A DNA stretch of 64,000 nt. It comes from Sphyrna mokarran. Its lineage: Eukaryota. The stretch is from contig JAGIQG010000006.1 in NCBI GenBank assembly GCA_024679065.1, forward strand, positions 93,186,001 to 93,250,000. The letters are read 5' to 3'. Positions 60,046 through 64,000 of this stretch are shown here, one piece after another. Position 1 is the stretch's first letter. Each line of letters opens with the position of its first letter. Under the pieces are notes generated by a model that worked only from the letters and a program-made list of their open reading frames with translations, was not told the origin of the DNA and did not search any database. A program made the translations under genes and the position numbers.

Positions 60046-61871
60046 AACTAAACACAGGATAATTTCACTATAAAATAATACATAAGCAAGGATGGGCTGT
60101 CATAGCCCCAGTGTGAGTTGGAGCCTGATTGAGAGGAAAAACTTAAAAATATTTTTGCCTTGTTAAACCGTGTTTTATACTCCCGGTTTTTGCTACACAG
60201 AACTGAAACTTGGTCACAAAATTTATGAATATCTTTCATTTAAATTACCAAGGCGGGGGAGGGATTTTAACAAATTAAACTTAAATAAATAAAGTAATAC
60301 ATATTCAATTTAAAATAACTTTAGTTTTCTGTTATAACTGTTCTGTTCTGTTATAAATATTTTGGTGTATTTTTGGACAGGTTAGTTTACACAGTAGTTT
60401 GTGTTTATGCATGAGTTGGGAACTTGCACCCTCTTTATAATCAGTCAGAAGGAAGAAGTATTCCCCTTTTATTAAATCTGAGCATCTGTTTAAGCAACAA
60501 ATGGCTGTAAGGTGTAATTATCTGATCACCACTGACCTCCAGAAAATTCAACATGACCTGTCTTTGAGATGGCTGATAATGATAATGGAGGGGGAGAAAA
60601 GAAAGGCTTGTCAGCCGGCTTCCTGGAGCTTGTTGACTTTGTCTACCAGAATTCCAAAGAGGCTTTTCAGCTTTGGTGTTTATGCCCATATTAAGCAATA
60701 GTTGAATAGTGATGGCAATGAATGTGAATTATTCTGGGTGTGTCAGGTCATGTCAGGTCAATATTATTGTTGAAAGAGTAGCAAGCAAAGAAATAACACC
60801 ATGCATCCGGTCCAGTGTAATAAGCCTAGATTTTTCATCAAAATCCAGGCAGGCGGAAGGTGGCTTCAATTCCTCTGCATGCACCCATTGAGTGTATGCA
60901 GGGTCACGGTTTCTGGGGTCAAATTCTGAGTAAAATAGCTTGGATTAACTCCAACCAGTAGGAAAGCTCTTCAGTCAGAGGGCAGAGGAATTCAGGTAGG
61001 GCTAACATCTGGCATGAAGTCGAAGATGCGTTGAGAGAGGGCGGCTGAAGATGTTGGCCTGAGGTCCAGTTACCGCCTACGTGAAACCATCAAGCTGCGG
61101 ACATTAATTGGCTTACCCGATGCAGCTTACATCATAAGTTCAGTAATAATTGGCTGATTCCAATGCTTAGCTGACCCCATAGCTAAGTCCTGGGTGAGAG
61201 ATGGACTGAAAAGAGTGAGAGAATGCAGGGGGTGATGATGGTGCTGCAGAAGTGGAGGGGGAAGGTGGGAGATTGTGGGGTGGTGTGGTGCAGAGGACTG
61301 GTAAAGGATTGCGGCAGGGACATTTTTGAAAGGGGTGAGGTGGGTAGGGAGCATGGAGATGAGACAATGCTGACAGTGACCTGCTGTGTCTTTGTGAGGC
61401 CAGGAGGGGCACTTCTGCTCTTGATGTACAAGACTTAGTGAGTATGCTCTCACCGCTTCTTTTCACTCCAAAAAGAACTACTTCTCTTTTATGATAGTGA
61501 TGGAAGCTTTTCACATTTAGCTCTTGCTTTCAGATCAGTAAGGTGCCAAAAGAGTGTCTCAGTAAAGTTTTAGAATTTGTTTTCATTGGTTGTTATAACA
61601 TGTGTGCCAAAGCTCAACTTATTCATCTGTGAAGCTGGATAAGCAGATAGGCACCTGAGCTCCTCTTGAACCACTCGATTGTGTTTTAAACCTCTTTGTT
61701 GGTTACCCCTCTTCACAAAAAACCTCAGAAAAAGAGATTTCCAATGTAAAACTCATTAGTGTCTCTGAAAGAATGTCAATAACTGGCATTAAAGCTGAAG
61801 AAAATGCATTCAATAGCGGGCAAAACAAGAAAAATGGTGAAGAAATAGTTGAAATTGACTGTCACCTTTCT

Positions 61872-61972
61872 AATATAGCAGTGACTACACTTCCAAAAGA
61901 AAATTATTTAATTGACTATAAACTGCTTTGAAATGTCCAGCGGACAAGAAACACAGAAATACAAATATTTTT
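61872..61972 (+). mobile_element. SINE/L2-type 3' tail relic (DeuSINE/SacSINE-like tail)
   Basis: CAGTGACTACACTTCCAAAAG...ATTGACTATAAACTGCTTTGAAATGTCC resembles the recalled tail CAGTGACTACACTTCAAAAG..TTGGCTGTAAAGCGCTTTGGGACGTCC. Confidence 0.45.
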
Positions 61973-62124
61973 AAAAATTAATTTGGAAAACAAAGTATTG
62001 GCCTTTTTACCACTAGTCTAGTTTGCAATTATACAGCCTTTTTTAAAATCTGACTGTAATAATCAAAAAAATGGTTTTAGCCCTGTGATTTGATTGACAG
62101 TCTTGACTCCACATTTGTGCTTTA

Positions 62125-62500
62125 AATTTATTCTTACAAGGGTGTGTCATTGGCAAAGCCAGCATTTGTTGCCTATCCCTAATTGCCCTTGAAATGCGTG
62201 GCTTGCTGGTCATTTCAGAGGGAAACTAAATCAACTATATTGATTCCTTGAGGATCTGCAATCATGTATATAGGTCAGACTAGGTAGGGATTGCAGATTT
62301 CTTTCCTTAAAGGATATTAGTAAAGTAGATGGGCCTTAATGACAATTAATGCTAGTTTAATGGTCACCAGTACAAGACAAGCTTTATATTGCAAATTTGT
62401 TGTTTGAATTTAAATCCCACCAGCTCCTGTTTCCAGGGCATTAATTTGGTTTTCTAGATTACTAGGCTAGTGACATGACTACTACATCAACATTTCCCAC
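62125..62500 (-). mobile_element. Second tRNA-SINE family copy
   Basis: GCCAGCATTTGTTGCCTATCCCTAATTGCCCTTGA...GCAGATTTCTTTCCTTAAAGGATATTAGT...GATTACTAG is collinear with the reverse complement of 40940-41278. Confidence 0.8.
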
Positions 62501-62866
62501 AAAGAGAAGTTGAACAAGTGAAACTTGAGTTGAGGATTTTAACCCTTTTTCAGCTCATGATATAATTTGAGTTTCTTAGCATTTGGTTGCACAGTAGAAT
62601 AGTTACTGCAACAGGTTAGCAGCCTGGGAGCTGAAACGTCAGCAAGTGCTATTCTCTGAGCATGAGTATGGAATCAGAATTTCAAAAATTGAAAGTGATC
62701 GTATAATTCCGAATCATCTAATCGCTGTGTGCCTTCAGACAAATCTTTTTTTCATATCATGTGAGCATTATAAATGTATTTTGAGTGGTCATGGTCCTAC
62801 CAGTGGCTTAGATTATTGTTTGGTGATTTCAATGATGCAGACGATGAAGTGCTTCTTTCCGATTTG

Positions 62867-63070
62867 GTAAAGTCTGGCAACACCAATTTTAAATCCAACC
62901 GATTTATTTGATAGTAAATTTGCAAGCTTTCGGCCTTTGTGGCCTTCGTCAGGCGAAGGCCACAAAGGCCGAAAGCTCGCAGATTTACTATCAAATAAAT
63001 CGGTTGGATTTAAAATCGGTGTTGTCAGACTTTACTGAGTTTACCCCGGTCCGACGCCGGCATCTCTACA
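62867..63070. mobile_element. Penelope-derived non-autonomous palindromic insertion (inverted terminal-repeat pair plus tail) with 13-bp TSD
   Basis: 82-bp arms 62867-62948 and 62954-63035 with 4 transition mismatches, a 5-nt loop and a 35-nt tail. TSD TCTTTCYGATTTG at 62854-62866 and 63071-63083. Arms are homologous to the Penelope end at 50733-50817. Confidence 0.88.
62917..62957 (-). ncRNA. Minimal type I hammerhead ribozyme motif
   Basis: Minus strand: uucgc-CUGACGA-A-GGCC-ACAAA-GGCC-GAAA-GC-UU-gcaaa. Confidence 0.7.
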
Positions 63071-63904
63071 TCTTTCTGATTTGAACAATATAGCCTGGAA
63101 TCAGCAGTCAGTCATTGCCATTGACCTCAATGAAAGCTATGCTGAGAGATCTTGTGAGCTTTGTGGCAATAAAGTCACCTTACACTTCACTCCGTTACAT
63201 GGCGAGACTGTTAATGAGGATTTCTAGCCTGGAACTGAAGTGATGTCATCAAACCATCCAAGCAACAAATCAAGTCAAAGAATCCTCACAAATAGTTAAT
63301 CAGGAAATTAAAAACACTAAAAAAATCATTTGAACAAGGTGTAACTACTTTTGAGGTTTGTAACTGAAAAGGGAAAGTATTCGTTCAATTATCCAAGTTC
63401 ACTAATCAGTGGGGTGGTGATATTGATGGGAGTAACCACACTGCAGCTTGGGGCAGAGCAGAGACTGTGATCTCAGAATTTCTGCATTAAGCCAGCTATG
63501 TACTAACTCATAAAGTTACCGTCAGCTTCAGAGAATAAACACAGACAACTCATTTTCAAAAGTCCTCTTAGTCCAATTATTTTCAAATATTGCAATGAAG
63601 TTTCTCATGAGACAAGTTGAAATGGCAGACGTTGGAGATCAGTATGAGATATTTTGTCCAAGAGTCATCCTGATACCTGGAATTTCTATTAAGAAATAAC
63701 TATAAATCATTTGAAATGTCCAGATACAATTTAGATAATGCCTTATAAATTAGGTGTTATTAGTTTTAATAGAGGATTAGGGCAAAAAAATTGAGAAATT
63801 AGAGGATTTTAATGCAAAAACAAAGTTTTGGATTGAGTGAAGAGTTAAAATGTTATATATAAATATAAATATTTATATATAAATGTTATATAAGTGTGAC
63901 AGGC

Positions 63905-64000
63905 AGAGAGAGAGCGAGAGAAGGTGTGAGTGGAACAGAGAGAGAGGGCTGATGGGTTGAACAGAAAAAGAGAGAGAGAGAGGGTCAGCGAGTGGAACAG
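63905..64000 (+). repeat. Purine-rich (GA)n / minisatellite running off the window end
   Basis: Recurring GAGTGGAACAG-like unit separated by (GA)n runs. Confidence 0.8.

Noticed and set aside
62867-63035. Canonical pre-miRNA or DNA-transposon MITE interpretation of the hairpin
   Set aside because: The arms are homologous to a Penelope terminal repeat, and the asymmetric tail and 13-bp TSD fit retrotransposition rather than a conserved miRNA or cut-and-paste MITE.
1-64000. Prokaryotic systems (operons, CRISPR arrays, defence islands, prophage)
   Set aside because: No long ORFs (maximum 151 aa), no regularly spaced repeat-spacer array, and pervasive vertebrate SINE/LINE content.

Overview
This is not prokaryotic DNA. 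It is an AT-rich, repeat-dense vertebrate intronic/intergenic window, almost certainly from a shark (elasmobranch). The taxon is inferred from HE1-type V-SINEs, HER1/CR1 LINEs, shark-type Penelope terminal repeats and PIF/Harbinger relics; a carcharhiniform origin is plausible but unverified. There is no intact protein-coding gene: every recognisable ORF in the track is a broken transposon fragment. A CpG-retaining, TE-free promoter-like region (about 600-1400) carries E2F/CHR-like, ETS and YY1 motifs and splice donors on both strands. A few isolated exon-like segments downstream suggest a spliced, probably non-coding transcript. The most unusual structures are: (1) a 204-bp Penelope-derived insertion with a 13-bp target-site duplication, forming an 82-bp-arm hairpin around a minimal hammerhead ribozyme core (62867-63070); (2) an exact 134-bp inverted duplication of part of an ancient decayed CR1 (6540-6673 / 7974-8107); (3) nested insertions and visible SINE/LINE tail-sharing pairs. 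I found no well-supported wholly new biological system. Repeat family names come from recalled motifs, not a database search, and boundaries of decayed elements are approximate.
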